NCBI GenBank assembly: GCA_002633005.1
Contig: NMRA01000302.1
Span: forward strand, 4,612 to 40,376
Source of the DNA: Phoronis australis
Lineage: Eukaryota; Animalia; Phoronida
Reading direction: 5' to 3'
Length of the DNA: 35,765 nucleotides
Part shown: piece by piece, positions 1 through 12,807 of the stretch
Position numbering within the stretch: position 1 is the first letter of the stretch
How the letters are laid out: every line of letters begins with the position of its first letter
The notes under the pieces: generated by a model
Told to the model about the DNA's origin: nothing
Databases searched by the model: none
What the model saw: only the letters and a program-made list of their open reading frames with translations
Position numbers and translations under genes: made by a program

Positions 1-341
1 TGTCTTTAAAATTAATTAAAAACATTTAAGCAAACCAATTCTTTTAATTGTTGTATTATACCACGGCATATTAATGCGTAGAAACGGCGCACAACTAGTG
101 ACTGGTTTAACATGACAAATACACATACGCGGTCTGAAAATAGTGAAATTCAGACACCTATTACCAAGCCTGCCTGAAGGGCTGACAAAGTTTTTATTGT
201 ACTAATTTCAAGGGCACGGAGTCTTCTACATGTCCATGTTACTATTTTTAGTTTTCTCGCGGGGGCAGCTTCGCTATAAGGGTACAACTTACTGCTGTTT
301 TTTCACGAGAAGGAAATGTACCTCCACGGAAACAGTTCCAG

Positions 342-357
342 TGTTACCATGGTAACA
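342..357. promoter_or_regulatory. Perfect palindromic RFX X-box-like motif
   Basis: TGTTACCATGGTAACA. No linked gene is visible. Confidence 0.3.
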
Positions 358-831
358 GATATTGCAGTGTCGGTGCCGTTTTTACTGACATTGGTCATGA
401 ACCTATCATGTGATATCAAAATTGTTCCGAAACGATTCTGTTTGAAGCAGAAACTGTAGTAGAAAATTTGGTCAAAAACGACTCATTCCACACCAAGAAA
501 TTGCCTCATTTTGCCCCCAAGAACATTTCCCTTGTATCTCCTAAACCACCAAACTTTGTGGTGTCATACTTCACCCAATTTCTCTCATCCCTAATGTGAT
601 TTATCAGACTAAACATGGATCTGAATGGCTGACCCCCCACCTTGCCGCTTGTTGGCTGTACAATGGTCGGTGGATCCGTGGACTGATACTTAACTCCATT
701 CTGGCATTTAGGGTTGGAGAGCCTGCGCTCTTTTGTTCGATAATTGCTCTTATCTCCGATCAGATCGTATCTAGCCTGACTGGGCTGGGCTGATAAAAAT
801 GAAAGTTAAGTTATAACATATTTAAGCTTAA

Positions 832-989
832 AGGCGAAGGCAACCTTTTTCCATGTCATTTTGAGCTAAAATAAGATTGGTTGGTTATCCTAGACATATT
901 TACCACTTAATTACAGCTTTTCGTAATTTTATTAATTACTCGTCCGCTACTCCGGAAGTGACGTTTTAGGAGGCAAGCATTTCGCGCCA
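832..989 (+). repeat. Left TIR of Kolobok element
   Basis: Near-perfect reverse complement of 2356-2528. Confidence 0.95.
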
Positions 990-1096
990 ATTTCTTTTCA
1001 TATAGTCTGACTGTGAGAGCTGCCGAGTCAGTCATTGTTCTACCTCGGTTGTGTTAAGTTCCGTCATCGTTTGCTTTCATTTACTAGTCAGTCAAC

Positions 1097-1875
1097 ATGC
1101 CACACTGTTGCTGCGTACCAGGATGTACTAATTATCGTCTCACGCGCGCTTTGGGAGTACCTTTGCATCGCTTTCCGAGGGCACACTTCGCCGTACTTGG
1201 CTCGTTGGTGTGAAGAACGCAGCGTTACCCGTCCACGCAACGTAGAAAGCAGTGGAGAATTACTGTGTGTGCGGCAAGCACTTTCTGCCGTCCGATTACA
1301 AAAGGGATTTGTACGCTGAACTGATGAAGGTTCCTGCGAAACAACGTCTGAAGACGGATGCCATTCCGTCTGTGTTGATTCCCGGCAGTGCACCGTCGCC
1401 ACCCCCGAGAAGTGCGTTTTTGAAGCGAGAAGCCTCGCGAGCTGTGGCCAGTACAGTGACTGGAGCCAGTGGAGGCACTTCATCTACTGTCACCCGTGCC
1501 TCCGAACGTACCCCACAGCGTGCAATTCCTGGAACCAGTAGTGATTCGCCCTGTGCTGTTTTCTCCAGCCCAGAGCCTTAAGCAGCCCTGCAGCGATATT
1601 GAGTAGTGGGACTCATTACAAGCTCAGTTCAACACCCAGTGAAGAGGACAGTTCGTCGTCCAGTGAACAAATCGGTGAGCCAAACTTTATTGTGGACTTG
1701 TCTAAAGTGTTGGAGCTATTTAGAAGGTGCCAGGTGTGCAGCGAGGGAGTCAAACGACACGGTGTAAGCAGTTTGGGTACTCAGGTCACCATCTATCCAG
1801 TGGGAGTGTGTCGCGGGACTCTCTAGCAAGTGGGACAGTTGTTCCTCTGTCCGTGGTATGCCGGAGGTCCACTTA
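1097..1875 (+). pseudogene. Kolobok transposase N-terminal part (THAP domain plus Cys-rich zinc-binding region), frameshifted, DDE core missing
   Basis: ATG1097 gives MPHCCCVPGCTN...LHRFP. After a frameshift: RRTWL...VCGKHF...LKTDAIPS (THAP C2CH plus AVP-like box). Then PNFIVDLSKVLELFRRCQVC...GTQVTI / QWECVAG..KWDSC..VRGMPE. Stops and frameshifts are present. Confidence 0.85.
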
Positions 1876-1879
1876 ACCA

Positions 1880-2179
1880 CGTCCAGTAGTGGCTTGGCCT
1901 CGTCGAACTCTGAACAGCACAAGCATTCCATTAAGGTAGGCGTAACAACGCACACAGTGCATTTGCACCAAGATGTGTCACCACGTCTGTCCTCAGTAGC
2001 CGCCTCGTTTCTCTCAACAGCTGCCTGTGCCTGTGCGTACTCTGCCTCGTTATACTCGGGCTCAAACATGTACCCACCCACTGAATGTCCGTTAAAAATT
2101 CCTCGTCACCACTGCTGTGAACAAGGTCTCCGTCACTCACACTACTGTCACTGTGATACGGGTCACCGACACCTGCCAT
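1880..2179 (-). pseudogene. KolX / P2X7 intracellular-domain-like accessory protein, 5' part only
   Basis: Acidic N-terminus MAGVGDPYHSDSS...DEE, a frameshift, then YMFEPEY...RRGDTSWCKCTVCVVTPTLMECLCCSE, the WCxCxxC...ECxCCxE signature. Truncated where it meets the transposase fragment. Confidence 0.85.
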
Positions 2180-2355
2180 TTTCAGCTTACAACACACTAA
2201 ACAATCCCTAAATCCAACGTAGTTGAGTTCTCTACTAACCTATCTTGCCGCAGAATACTCGCCGATGGAAAGTGGTGGCGACAATTGTTGAAAAACAGCA
2301 CAAAACAAAAGTAGAATAGAACAGATTCGCACGGTAAAGTCAACGCAAAACCAAG

Positions 2356-2528
2356 TGGCGGGAAACGCTTGCCTCCTAAAACGTCACTTCCGGAGTAGCA
2401 GACGAGTAATTTATAAAATTATAATTTATAAAATTACGAAAAGCTGTAATTAAGTGGAAAATATGTCTAGGATAACCAACCAACCTTATTTTAGCTCAAA
2501 ATGACATGGAAAAAGGTTGCCTTCGCCT
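2356..2528 (-). repeat. Right TIR of Kolobok element, with an extra ~15-bp tandem duplication (taatttataaaatta x2)
   Basis: Reverse complement of 832-989 with a few substitutions and one short duplication. Confidence 0.95.
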
Positions 2529-4737
2529 GTAAACCAATTGTATTTCTGAATTCCTCGTCAAATGCTGATCATGTTCCGTTTTTGAATCACCAAAATCGCC
2601 CAACTACAACAGAATTTAAGACAATCTATTCTGTCCAAACAGATTACCAACGCACTGGGTTTGGCTGTGTTCTGAATACGCGTTCGGTAATAGCGTGCAA
2701 CCACCGTACGTTTCCTTTGAAGCCTGGGGGATAATTGGCCTGCTTGTTATCATACAGGACCAAAGACTGAGCTGGGCAGATAACAAAAGAGCCAGGTGTT
2801 ATCGCACGTTCAGCGCCCCTCACGTCTGGAAAAGTTACTGAACGACAGAACGCTGTAATGAAACCAGAATATTGGATAGAACTGATTTGAACACAGATCT
2901 GACAATAAAAAACAGTAAACTTTAGACGAAGGCAGGCAGTTTTTGAATGGCAGATGCCAGCACAATGACGGTCACAGTCATATTGAATTTTTCATTCCAC
3001 AGTTTTACATTTCACAGTACTTCCTTATTTTTATGTCTCTGAGATACTTTTTAGGCTTGTTGGTGACACCATGAAGACACATTTTAAAAATTTTGGTGAA
3101 CTGCTGAGAAATTACTTGTGAAAAAGTGACACACTTTTTGGGACACCTGATAAATATCACCTTCAAAAAGTCAGACAATAATTGCCCCTAAATTCGTTTC
3201 AAAGTTCATTTTGGCTTACAAACTTTAAATTACTAACACCTTTCCTAGGTTCATTACCTGTGATTCCCGATTGTTGCGTTAATTCCGTGAAATCAGTGCT
3301 TTTGCTACCACAGCAGTCAGCACACATCAAACACGCGCTTGAATTACAACAGGAAGTAAACAGGCAGGAGTCGGAGTAGTTCGAGAAAATCGGATAAGAT
3401 CGGTGGTATACATGAACGCACCATCAATGATCATCTGTGTTCTATGTTCGTACGTTGGCGGGATAAACCGAGGTTTTTAGGCGACGATCTGTACACCGGG
3501 GTGACACTCAAATTTCATTTGGCAACCTCAGAATTTATTTGGCGATCTAGGGTTTTTGCAAGGTCGGCAAATGGGAGTTGGCGTTAAGCGAAGCGTCGAG
3601 CGCTGAGAAAGCACGTTGAAGAGATCACGCATCAACTACAGGTGCTTATATCATGCTTTTATGGCCCTACCGGGACCTTTTTGTTAGGGGGCCCGTTTTT
3701 TGCATGTCGTCAAACTGGTCTTAAAAACGTGGTTTTAATCATACATATACAGCGAAAAAAATTCGAGAAAATTATATTGCTATGCACAAAATTCAACGGC
3801 ACATCGTTTCAGGTTTATAAATTCAGTAGATTTTTATTAAAAGCCACAAAACAATTTCCAAAATCCGGTTAATGCAAATTTCTTGTTTTGAAAAGGCGCT
3901 CTTTCGAAGAAGCTTCTTAGTGATGAAATTTTTGGAAATTTCCAATAGATCTTAGCATAAGCCAACAATTTCCAAGTGCAGAGCGAACGTGAGTGTTTGA
4001 TTTGGATGTAAACCAACGAAGTAGCACGGGCATACTGTAAACCAGGTGTACTGAGCGAGTATTGGCAAAAATATTCGCTGCATTCCGGGAGAGAAATAGC
4101 GTTGGTATTTTTCAAATGTTGGGGTGCGTCTGAGCGTCAATTTCAAGAATTGTTTTACTCAATTGGTCGAGTATATGCCCAAGCATTTGTTTCCGAAAAT
4201 ATCTGCACTTTCTAATGTAAAGCTGGCGCCTAAATACGCGCATCGACCGTAAAAAGAAAAAGTTTTATTTATCATTGGTTGAATTTTGTAAGAAATTGCG
4301 ACATAATAAAATCTTAGAGGGATTAACAATTTTGATACTTAAGTGATTCCCTCCTTTTCTGCAGGACTAATTAAATATCGTTGATCAGCTTTCAATTAGT
4401 TAGCAGCTGGCATGGTGTTGTTGGATATCACAAGCTTCAATCCGTTATCAATCAATAAAATCACGAACAAAAAAGACAACATGTCGTCACTTTCCGGAAT
4501 ATCGACCTTTCGGACTATTGAACCAGCCTCCAACTGATGTTTGCTTTTTAGGCTCGTTAAATGGCATGCCTTGACCTCGAAATGCTTTGAACCCAAAAAT
4601 AGCGAATGAATTTAGCTTAAAAGAGAATGCCACCCAAAAAACAACCTATTTTGTATCAATTTAGATCGATTAGTTCTACTCGGCACGTTCGGTTGCGTTA
4701 CCTGACTCCTGACGGCAGACGGAGGTGTTGAAATTAT

Positions 4738-4753
4738 CCAATGACGTCATTGG
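4738..4753. promoter_or_regulatory. 16-bp perfect palindrome: CRE (TGACGTCA) overlapped by two inverted CCAAT boxes
   Basis: CCAATGACGTCATTGG is seen directly. Function not demonstrated. Confidence 0.35.
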
Positions 4754-5263
4754 TTTCACACGCAGTTTGTTCAGCAGTTCACAACACGGGTTAGTGGTGT
4801 CAACTTATCGCTTGATTTCATCGTTTAACACCAATAATCAAGTTCGATGTAAAACCCTTAAAAATACGCTGTGTTCTTATAAAAACGTATTGTTTTATTT
4901 TGCTGTTACGGATTTCTTGGTATTTAGACACCCCGTAGCCAACAAAGTTCGGCAGGTCAATTTACCAATGTCCGTAGCAGGAGTTTGGGGTCGTTTCGAA
5001 GATAAATTAGACGCATTCTTCCTTAAAATACACACAGGATAACCTAGATGTGTGTTGTTTATATTTGGGAATTTTTGAGTTCTAAACACACAAAACGCTT
5101 GTTATCTCGGCCAGTGGCTCGGAACCCGGGTTTGGCACGAACATAAACCAGCTTGAGTTGGAAACTAAACTTCCATTCACGAAAAGACTATAATAGTGAG
5201 CCAAAGAAATAATGTGCAGGTAATTATTTAAGTGAATTAGCCACGAAACTGAAAATCTAATTA

Positions 5264-8200
5264 CAGCACTCATCACGAAATTTTGTCCGCCCGGTCGGAA
5301 ATTGGTCGACGACTAGCCGTCGACCGGTCGGCAAATTAGCCGACCGGCAGCCGCCCGCAGTGCCGACTCATAAGGCGACCCCAAAGCCGACCCTTTAGGA
5401 GAGAATTCTTTTCATGCCCGGAGACAACTAGGTCACCCATTATGGCAATCCAGTGTGTACCTATATATTGTCATCTATTGTAAAACGTGGATTAGACGAA
5501 AGAAATTCAACCGCATTTCCAAGTTAATATGTCTTGTCGGCAAGAGGTTGAACATTTACCCCTTGTTTATACGTATAGTACGAACATTATCACTTTGAAA
5601 GATCAATGCTTGGGGATGGTGACGGGGTGTTCTGGCGTGTAAAGTTACTGACGTGGTAAGTTTTTGAACGTGGCTTATTAAATTTTCAGTTCGGTCATAT
5701 TTTGTTTTGATCCTGAAGTGAAGAATTTTTGGTCCTCACTTGATAAATTAAAGGTGCTGATGTGATAAATTTCAGTCTCGACGTGGTGAATTTTAGTCTT
5801 TATTTGTTTTTTTTTGGTCTTCTGTGTGAAAACAATCTCAATGTTTTGGATTGTTTTAATTCCTGCTTAAGTAAAATTTCTGGTTCTGAGATATTTATTT
5901 TTGGTCCTGGAGAGTTAACATGTTTTGCTTGGTTTTAATGTTGTATAGAAAATATGTGTTGTTAAATGTTGCAAATTAGGCCTCCCATAAATGTGGGAGA
6001 GCAAGTTGTGTAGCGGCGTTCTGTGTAACTTCTTATATAAATCTAGGTGTTCGTGATTTAGTAATACTATGAAAAATGAGTAGTTATGACTATGAAAAAT
6101 GAGTAGTTGTGGATTCTTTTGAAATACTGTATCCTTTGTATATGCCTGGTGTAGATGGCTCAGTGTGATATTATGTAAGCCTTATTATCCTCTATGGCTT
6201 AACAACTATGTATCTTCATTCATGCCTGTAATAGATGTACTCCCAGGATCATCAAGCATGTGTATGCTTTTATTCTAATGAGGCGTTCTTCGAATGTACA
6301 ATTAGTAATCATTCTTTTGCAGTGGTTCATATCAAACGGATTCATTAAATCCAGTAAATATTTTTGCAACTGCCGATCTGCATATTAGACATGCATATTG
6401 CATCATACCTCATCAGAGTAAAACTTGTTATCAATCGTAGTAGAAACATTTATGTTTATCATTGCCACAAGACATTAACAAACGCAGTCAGTGTCTGTAA
6501 CTGTTGTGTCTACATTGCTGATGAATTAAAGTCGGTCTAATTCCCCTTTTATCTCACTGATTCATGCCAAAGGTTTGAAATTGCGCCCCCTTAAGAGTTT
6601 TGACTTGCCCTGGTGATCACTAGAATCCGATGCAATAAACTTATAGAAGTTGTTTTTTAACCGGGGTAATAGAGCTGAAAATTCTGTGCGTTTTCGTTTG
6701 CGAGAGTGTTCTTTTTGAATCACTGGGTTAATCATTTTTACGCTCTACATGAAAACACAGACATTTTTTTAGGATTACCTGTACCAGGTTACCCCGAAAA
6801 TGTTATTTTCAAAGTTTTACCTCCGGGAGTATGCGAGAAACGCCAAGTATTGTGTTCTTACGCCAAAAGGGCTCGGAAGGCTCTAGCCTTGGTGCGCCGT
6901 TGTGGGTAAAAACTGACCGAATAAAATCTTCCTAGAGTAATCTAAATTATATACCAGCGTTGCAAAATTTGGTTTTCTACAATTATTCTGCTGCTAAAAA
7001 TAGGGTATGACCTTTTGCGTCGACTTTCGACGCACTGAAATACTCCGTTACTTATTAGTCAGTTTCTTTTTCCCAGATTCTTCTCCCTCGAGGTTGCGTA
7101 AACGTCACGACAAATGATCAGAATTGGTTTCACTTCATTATCTGTTTTTGGAATTTTGATATCAGTGAACCAAATTTTAGAACAAATTTTGCTGAGATGT
7201 TGTCACCATCTAATGGGAGATGTCGAAAACATTTTGAAAGTGGCGCGTGTCACGAATGAACTCTTTTCAAAACGACGACATGCGTTTTTTCGTTACAAAA
7301 GGCAGAGAATTACGCAAGAAGATGACGTCGGTTGCTTTTCGTTTAAACGGCCGTAACGGGCAACTTGAATGCCAATTGGCTTCCAGAGTTTGCATGCAAA
7401 CTCGCCGGTCTTGAGCTCATGTTGATACAAGCTTTTCGACGAGGTGACAAGCGTACATGTAACTATCCGGGCTGTTTGAAGTTTCGAGGTCCGTTTGAGC
7501 TCAATACGCAGTGGCACCTTGCTGTATTTTAAAAATAGTCTTCACAGCTAGCTGGCTAGATAGGAAGGCTTCAGCTTCGAAATTTATTTTTACTGCGAAA
7601 GTGACAACAATTTCAGAATGATGATGGATGATGGATTACACTATAAACCGATCACAGTCTCCCGTTTTCATGCGCCCATGATTTAATATCGGCACTATGT
7701 TCAAACCATTGTTTACATTGTTCCTAAAATAAACTTGGGTTCTATTGCTGTACCAACATATTAAGAAATTATACAGAAATAAACAATAATTGTCTTTGGA
7801 AAAAGCGCAATATACAGCGTGATGAAGTGATGATCAAGAGCAATAACGGGTGAGCGCAAATGCGTGCTGCTTGTTGAGCAATCCGGGGCATGAAAACATT
7901 TGAGGTCGTAAAATATCCAGTGTTGTATTCTGATTTTTATGCAATTTTGCTGTAAATTTCAAATTTCGTGCTTGTTTTTATGCATAATGTACTGTATAAA
8001 AAGTCTCATATATAAAGTTAGAATTATTTTTCCGCTATATCACTTCGCGTTTCATTTTACCACGGCGTCATTAATTCAACATAAGGTTTTCGGCTTGTGT
8101 AATGTCACACACTTCGTATTTGTAGGTTGATTCGATTTTACCTCCATTCAATAGTTGAGCAAAATTTGATAAACCGATGTCAAGACCGGAGTTGCCACTG

Positions 8201-8475
8201 GTAAACGAACAGCGAACAGTTAAATGTTTGTTTGTCCAAAGTTCACCCGCTAAGTCATAAAATGGTAATTGCCGACCAAGGACACGCTTAATCCGAATTG
8301 GTCGTCTACGCTAGGCGACCACTTAGCCGACCCAAGTGCCGACCACAGAGGCGACTCAGCAGACGGCTCCTAGCCGACCGTTGTTGGCCGGCTGCTGGTC
8401 GGCTAGACGACCGGTCGACGGCCGGTCGTCGACCAATTTCCCGACCGGTCGGCCAAGAATTCGTGATGTGTGCTG
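5264..8475 (-). mobile_element. Non-autonomous TIR DNA transposon, copy 1 (inverted relative to copies 2 and 3; lacks ~2 kb internally)
   Basis: Ends are TA|CAGCACTCATCACG and CGTGATGTGTGCTG|TA. The body is the reverse complement of 17418-20502, joined at ~5396 to the reverse complement of ~22487-22642. Confidence 0.93.
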
Positions 8476-8689
8476 TACTTGTCGGGGGCCGCGAAGTCGG
8501 GTTCCCCTTCCACAGATCGTCAGGGCAAAGGATGTACAATAATAATCTCTCTAAATTTTGTGACAACCAGTTTCCTCTTCTAGAAACAGTGTAGAAATGG
8601 TTCCTACGAAATCACTGCTTACAACTCGCATTCTAGAAACTTTAACTAAAACATCAACAAAGACAGTTACTGTACTTTCTTTGACATCG

Positions 8690-8990
8690 ACCTGTTCAAC
8701 TGCATCAAAAGTAGGTCACACATTTGTCCTCTTGAATTTGATAGTCTTGACGTTTGGTAACCACAAAAACTGAAGCTCCGGATCTCCCAGCGATAGAAAA
8801 TTTGAATACTATTGGTAATTGTAGAAGTCACAAAATAATAATTCTGCCAGATGTTTACATCGCCAGCGTAGTTTGTTACGGTCTTGTATCACACGCAATT
8901 TTGCTGGACGTCAAGCGGGAAAGTAAAAAGAGCCACGGCGGGCTCAAATACTGAGTTGTCACGACTACAACAAACGCATCGCCTCGTCAT
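8690..8990 (-). pseudogene. Degenerate THAP-domain remnant
   Basis: Minus-strand translation MTRRCVCCSRDN...LFTFPLD...*(W).. and later V*PTF. The central C..HF motif is not cleanly recoverable. Confidence 0.4.
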
Positions 8991-10978
8991 TCTTTAGTTT
9001 ACCATGAGTTACTGAAAAACTTGCAGCAAGGATTGTGCGTACTGCACTCCTTGCTTGCAGCACTCTGACATATTTTCCCTATAAGGAAAATGGATGATCA
9101 CTAACGTACATGTAAGTTGTTCTCCCTTTAGACGTAATGCAGAATGAAAATAATGCTCATAACTCGAGATCATCAAATTTACAGATCATTAGGTACTGTC
9201 TGTATCTGGTGATCGACTGTTGGGGTTGTTTTTCGATGATTTTGTTTATGAAATTTGTGATTTTGAGCACTCAAAGACTTGAGTTAGACATTTTGTTTTA
9301 CGCTCCACACAACAGTTTCTGAAAAAAGCACTTAAATCTCATTTTAGCAAAATTGTAAAGTCTCTGGGAATAAACCCAAAACTGCTAGTTACTGAGATAC
9401 TTTATACGAATTATTTCTAGATTGTGATGCGCTTATAATTACTCGGTTGAACCGTTTATTCAGCATTTCTGACGTGGGAAGGTAAGACAAAATTTCTATC
9501 CACGGTCACTGTTCATGAAACTGACCTCTGGTAATAGCATCAATCACCTGCGCATTTCCAGTTTTGGAAAAATTTTTGTCCTTTCAATTTAAGGTCTCCA
9601 GACCTTGGAGCGAATATGTTGACAGCAGAAAGAAAGGACATGATTTTGAAGAACTAATTGAAGACTACTAGTTGAGAATTACACAAAGACAATACTTCCG
9701 ATGCTATGATACCGATACTATATTGATACCATTTTCCTATAAAGCTCAGTAACATAATTTTCATTAGGAAAGCATTATTTACGCAGAAAGGGAGTAGTTT
9801 GTAAGACACCCCCGCAACAGTGTGTAGTTTAGTCGTAAATGTTTTATCCGTTAAAACAGATTAAGGTGCTCAAATAACATTAAACTTACTACCGGAATTA
9901 AGCAGAATTCACTTTACACAACTAAATTTTGAAAAAAATCCTCGTGGGAGGGCCCCTAAGTCCCCGTCTTCCATGTCTGCTCTCTGTCAAATAAGTTATG
10001 TGCGCACATGCCTTCGACCATTACCACGTGTTTCATACTGTGAATTACGTATGTCAAAACGTCTTGAATCTTTAACAACCTGCTATAAACGCAAAAAGAG
10101 CATGTGTCCTACGTTCTCATATACAATGTAGTGTTCTAAGATAACGACTCAACATGTCAAGAATATTTTCTTTTGACAAAAAATCATTGGTTTCCAATTT
10201 GCACATTAATGAATTGACGAAGATGAACGAATACATACGCCAAACTCCAACCCTTTCAAATTGCACATTCAAACCACGGCACTAATAAAGTGCAATTTCC
10301 CAAAGTTAACTTTAATTAAGTGAACCCTAACCTTAGGCCTCATTTTCACTTTCCAATATAAGGGTAGTAAACTGCAACCAAATTGTCCCGTCTAATCAAT
10401 GCTGTTGTGATGCCATTTCTTTCTTAATTTTCGGCTTTTGCAATCTGTCATTATATATGTAGTATAGCCTCTCAATAGCGACTTTGTCACTGACATCTAT
10501 TTACCACCCTTAAAGAGATTGGTTCACAGCTGTTTAGTTGTAATTAATATGTATACACATGTGCTGACTGTTAATAAAGATTGCTTATAAACCACATTTC
10601 TTTTTATTTCATACCCCATATTCTTCTATTATTCGTGTAAAACACGCTCACACTTCCCCACAAAATTTTGAGAACAGGAATTCCTGACCCGATCACTGCC
10701 AAGTCTATCCATAGGTTTGTACCCTTGGCTGGGACTATCTGGAATCTTTGTGTTTGTTAGAATCGGTTTATTATGCAACTTTTGCCCATTAATTATCTGA
10801 AATGTGACACATATAGACATGGTCTTGTGTGTTGCCATAAACATTTTACTGTAGTTAGTACGGACTGCAGAGTCAGCCTGACTGAGTCCACAGTGTCCAT
10901 TGCTGTGTGCCTAGAGGGGTACTTTTTCAAATGTAGACGGATTTTTAGATTTAAACTGGAGTACATATTTGAAGAAGA

Positions 10979-11200
10979 ATGCCTGACCGGTGTGTAGTTG
11001 GAGGCTGTGGCAATACGCAAAGGGCTGGGGTATCTTTGCACAAGTTTCCCACTGATCCGAGACTGCGTCGCAAGTGAGAATACTTTGCAAAGTGTACGAG
11101 CGTCGCCGTACTCGGTAGTATGTAGCGAACATATTTCTATGGACTGCTTCTAGAACGACAGCCCGTGATCCGAGTATGGTTATAAATCAGGATGAGTGAA
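10979..11200 (+). pseudogene. THAP-domain remnant (probably the 5' end of a DNA-transposon protein)
   Basis: MPDRCVVGGCGNTQRAGVSLHKFPTDPRLRRK*(W)EYFAK, a frameshift, then SPYSVVCSEHISMDCF. All four C2CH ligands and the FP motif are visible. Not in the ORF track. Confidence 0.8.
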
Positions 11201-12654
11201 TTTTTAGAGAGTATTCGAAACGGCACATGCCGTCGCTTTCCAGAAGCTAGTGGGCCTTGAGCTAGTATTAACAACCTGACATTCAAAACGGCGGATATCA
11301 TCGACGGACACTGTCGGACAGGATTAGTGCTAGAAGTAACCAGTAGATTGCTTTTCTTTTGAATTACAGTTTTTGCAACATACCGGTAAGTGTTTGTAGG
11401 TGGATGTGCCGAATTGCTTGATGCTCGTTACCTGTCGTTGGAATCCATTGAATTTTAGCCTAGTTGATCGCTAGTTGGACTAAATGAACAGTAAGAGTAG
11501 GACTGTCCAACCGTTTTTTCGATTTGCAAAAATACTTCAATATAATCGGAAAGATAATGCATCCCACTCAATAAAAATTGAAAAATTATCAAAATGGAGT
11601 TAAGCAGTGCACATTTATTGCAGTTTTGGTGGCGAAATTTGGGTCATTTGTTTGGATCTGGATGGCAATCTTGGACAACAGCGGCAAAAGTTAAGAGTTT
11701 TAAACCGTGTATAATTTATTTTCACCAATAATTTACGATGAAATTTAGTGAGAAAGGTCTATACCTACTATTCTGAACGATTCAATTGTTTTCATTGGAT
11801 TTCAGTCAAGCAGATGTTACTTATTGAGTGATAAAAATGCTCAAAATTCGCGTTGGACTTCGTCTCATTTCCGGCGGCACCGACAACATGGCGACTTCTG
11901 CTGAACTGAAGGGCATGTTCAATCGGCTATTTTGTACTTGGTGTAGTTTTAACTTTGATACAATTTGATGAAATCTGCCACAAAAAGCCACTTTGCACAA
12001 TGTTTATGTTTTTGTGCAAAACATATAAGGAATATTCTAATTATTGCAGTGCGAATATCCCATTCAGTTGACCATACACTCAATAGTTGAAAAATATTTG
12101 AAATCGTTTTTTTCTGTGAAAGTCAGTTGCGCTTCAAGGTTTCATTTTGTGTCACAACATAATTCATATTTTTCTAAATTTTACGTATGAATTGTTCTTT
12201 CAATACATGCGTTGTAGCTTTTTGCTTTCTTAAGTTATCAAGGCCCAAAATGTAAAGGCTCTTAATTACAGTAATAGGACATGTTGGATTGCGAAGCTTA
12301 CAGCCTCCAATCCTTTTTCGATGCAACTTCTTAGACCAGGTTTAAAGATAATCTGCGTTTCATAAAGGTGGACCAGTGGTTTAGTAAAACCTGGTTTAAC
12401 TCAACTCTAGACCTAGTCTAAGTCAGTTTTCAGTTCACTAACGAGGTATATATTACTTAGACCTGTATTAAGATCTTAAACCAGGCTTAACTTTAGACTT
12501 GGTCAGACCCAAGTTTAATACTATTAAATATGGCAGACTTGTACGGTATAGGTGCAAATGAATGATGCTGTGGTGTGCATTTACGACGCAGTTTTAGAGC
12601 GAGAACAGATTATTTTCAATATTCAGTTTTAGGACCACACAAGATCAAACGTAA

Positions 12655-12807
12655 CAGGGGGGACCAAGAGTTTTTAAAGGGAGGGTGTCGGATCAAGTAT
12701 TTCTAAAAGGAGGGCCTGGGTCAACAAGTTGAAAATTATAGATTTGTTATCACTAAAATCAAAGGAAAAAGGGGGCCCAGACCCCTTGAACCCTTGGATC
12801 CGCCTAT
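12655..12807. mobile_element. Short MITE-like element (CAGGGG...GGATCCGCCT type), degenerate
   Basis: Starts cagggggaccaagagtttt-like and ends cccttggatccgccta, with G/C-run subterminal motifs typical of small hAT-like MITEs. TSD not resolved. Confidence 0.45.

Larger units (their letters stand above)
832..2528 (+). mobile_element. Kolobok DNA transposon, internally deleted non-autonomous derivative (~1.7 kb)
   Basis: TIRs at 832-989 and 2356-2528 (AGGCGAAGGCAACC...GGTTGCCTTCGCCT). Flanked by TTAA (828-831) and GTAA (2529-2532, one mismatch). It encloses a THAP/Zn-finger transposase start on + and a convergent P2X7-C-like (KolX) start on -, which is the Kolobok layout. Confidence 0.88.

Noticed and set aside
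1716-2081. Host P2RX7 purinoceptor gene
   Set aside because: Only the Cys-rich intracellular-type motif is present, inside TIRs and opposite a THAP transposase, so it is KolX.
3120-3150. Tc1-like terminus (ttttgggacacctgata)
   Set aside because: No matching opposite TIR was identified.
10629-10844. piggyBac transposase or host exon fragment
   Set aside because: The resemblance is only superficial and no diagnostic motif was found in adjacent frames.
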